Part shown: positions 44,703 to 45,532 of the stretch, in pieces
Layout of the letters: each line of letters begins with the position of its first letter
How positions within the stretch are numbered: the first letter of the stretch is position 1
IMG/VR virus record: IMGVR_UViG_3300044455_000078
Location: 1 to 45,532 of that record
Source: a virus
Lineage: Duplodnaviria > Caudoviricetes
Length of the DNA: 45,532 nt
Reading direction: 5' to 3' (one strand)
Position numbers and translations under genes: made by a program
Notes under the pieces: model-generated
What the model was told of the DNA's origin: nothing
Databases searched by the model: none
What the model saw: only the letters and a program-made list of their open reading frames with translations

Positions 44703-44989
44703 TATAGGAATCTCGCTGCTAATTGTGCCAGTGCAGGATATCCATTCTCAATAGCAGGAAGTAATAAAGTAGTTAATACGTAAAGTCCATCATCTACTTG
44801 CGTTTTAGTAAGTCCTGAAAGTTCAGCAAGTTCATCTAGCTCTTCTTGTGTAAGTGTAATCTTCACTCCACCTGCGCTATCATAAATTTGAGCTAAACTT
44901 GCAAGCTTCGGCTGCAGGTCTAATAATACTTGTTTACATACCGCAAAGCTTTTCGCTAATGTATCACGTTCTAATATACTTACTGGCAT
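44702..44989 (-). CDS. Hypothetical protein downstream of the tail fibre (95 aa)
   Basis: ATG at 44989 after AAGGA (MPVSILERD...). Confidence 0.6.
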   Translation of the reverse strand: MPVSILERDTLAKSFAVCKQVLLDLQPKLASLAQIYDSAGGVKITLTQEELDELAELSGLTKTQVDDGLYVLTTLLLPAIENGYPALAQLAARFL

Positions 44990-45000
44990 ATAGATTTCCT

Positions 45001-45347
45001 TTATGCAAAAGTATCTTCTAGTATCTTTAATCGTGCTGCCAGTTCTTGTACTGCACCAACAAGCCATGGAACTAGCTTGCTATGATCCACTTGCTGTGGA
45101 CGTATACTTCCATCCTCATTTATAGCATCTGGTTCACCAGTAACAGACTCAGGAATAATTTGCTGAAGTTCGTGCGCCAAAAATCCGTACCCACGTGAGC
45201 CGTCAGCTTGCCAGCGGTGGCTGACAGGATGCAGCGCACGTACGGTGTCCAGCGCGCCTATGAGTGTTTGAATGGCGTATTTGAGGCGCGCATCGGAGGA
45301 GGTATTGTAGGCGGTCGCCGTCGCCGTCGTCACCACCGTGCCCACGG
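45001..45347 (-). CDS. Tail fibre protein, C-terminal part with intramolecular chaperone (Peptidase S74-like) domain
   Basis: TSSDARLK autocleavage motif, GFLAHELQQIIPESV, and a terminal coiled coil VPWLVGAVQELAARLKILE. Confidence 0.9.
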
Positions 45348-45532
45348 TCGCGCCGGCCACATTGGCAAAGACGAGACTCCCGTTGCTCGACGCATCATTT
45401 TCAACGGCCTGAATCCACAAGCCAAACTGCGATGTTTTGGAGAAATCGAGGCGCACGCCGATATTGCTTTGGGCCGCCACTTGCACGCCGAGCGTATTCA
45501 CCCGCGTGAGTCCCCCCAACCGTGCTGGCACA
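45348..45532. repeat. Terminal direct repeat / assembly overlap (right copy)
   Basis: Same 185 bp as 1-185. Confidence 0.95.

Overview
The window looks like one complete, circularly permuted genome of a tailed dsDNA phage with podovirus-like organisation. A 185-bp terminal overlap (1-185 = 45348-45532, one mismatch) gives a unit length of about 45,347 bp. There are two arms diverging from ~16.9-17.5 kb. The minus-strand arm (16885->1, wrapping 45347->35438) holds TerS, TerL, an intein-containing portal, scaffold, major capsid, adaptor, tail/ejection proteins, an RCC1-repeat protein, a chaperone-capped tail fibre and a 1636-aa internal protein. The plus-strand arm (17499->35391) holds many small ORFs, MazG, a Cas4-like nuclease/AAA ATPase/SSB-like module, a ParB-HTH-methyltransferase fusion, a UDG-fused family A polymerase and a DUF3987-like replication protein. 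I recognised no integrase, RNA polymerase, endolysin, tRNA or CRISPR array. The most unusual content is non-coding. About 14 copies of a 17-bp palindrome YGGTTA-N5-TAACCA sit almost only at gene boundaries. Six of them are attached to 190-300-nt structured intergenic elements, of which three are clearly homologous and match no RNA family I recognise. Other notable items are a -1 frameshift candidate joining two virion ORFs, a Gln-ending intein in the portal, a His at the PolA 762-equivalent site and a bipartite iteron-like origin candidate. All calls come from motif reading by eye; no database search or folding computation was run.
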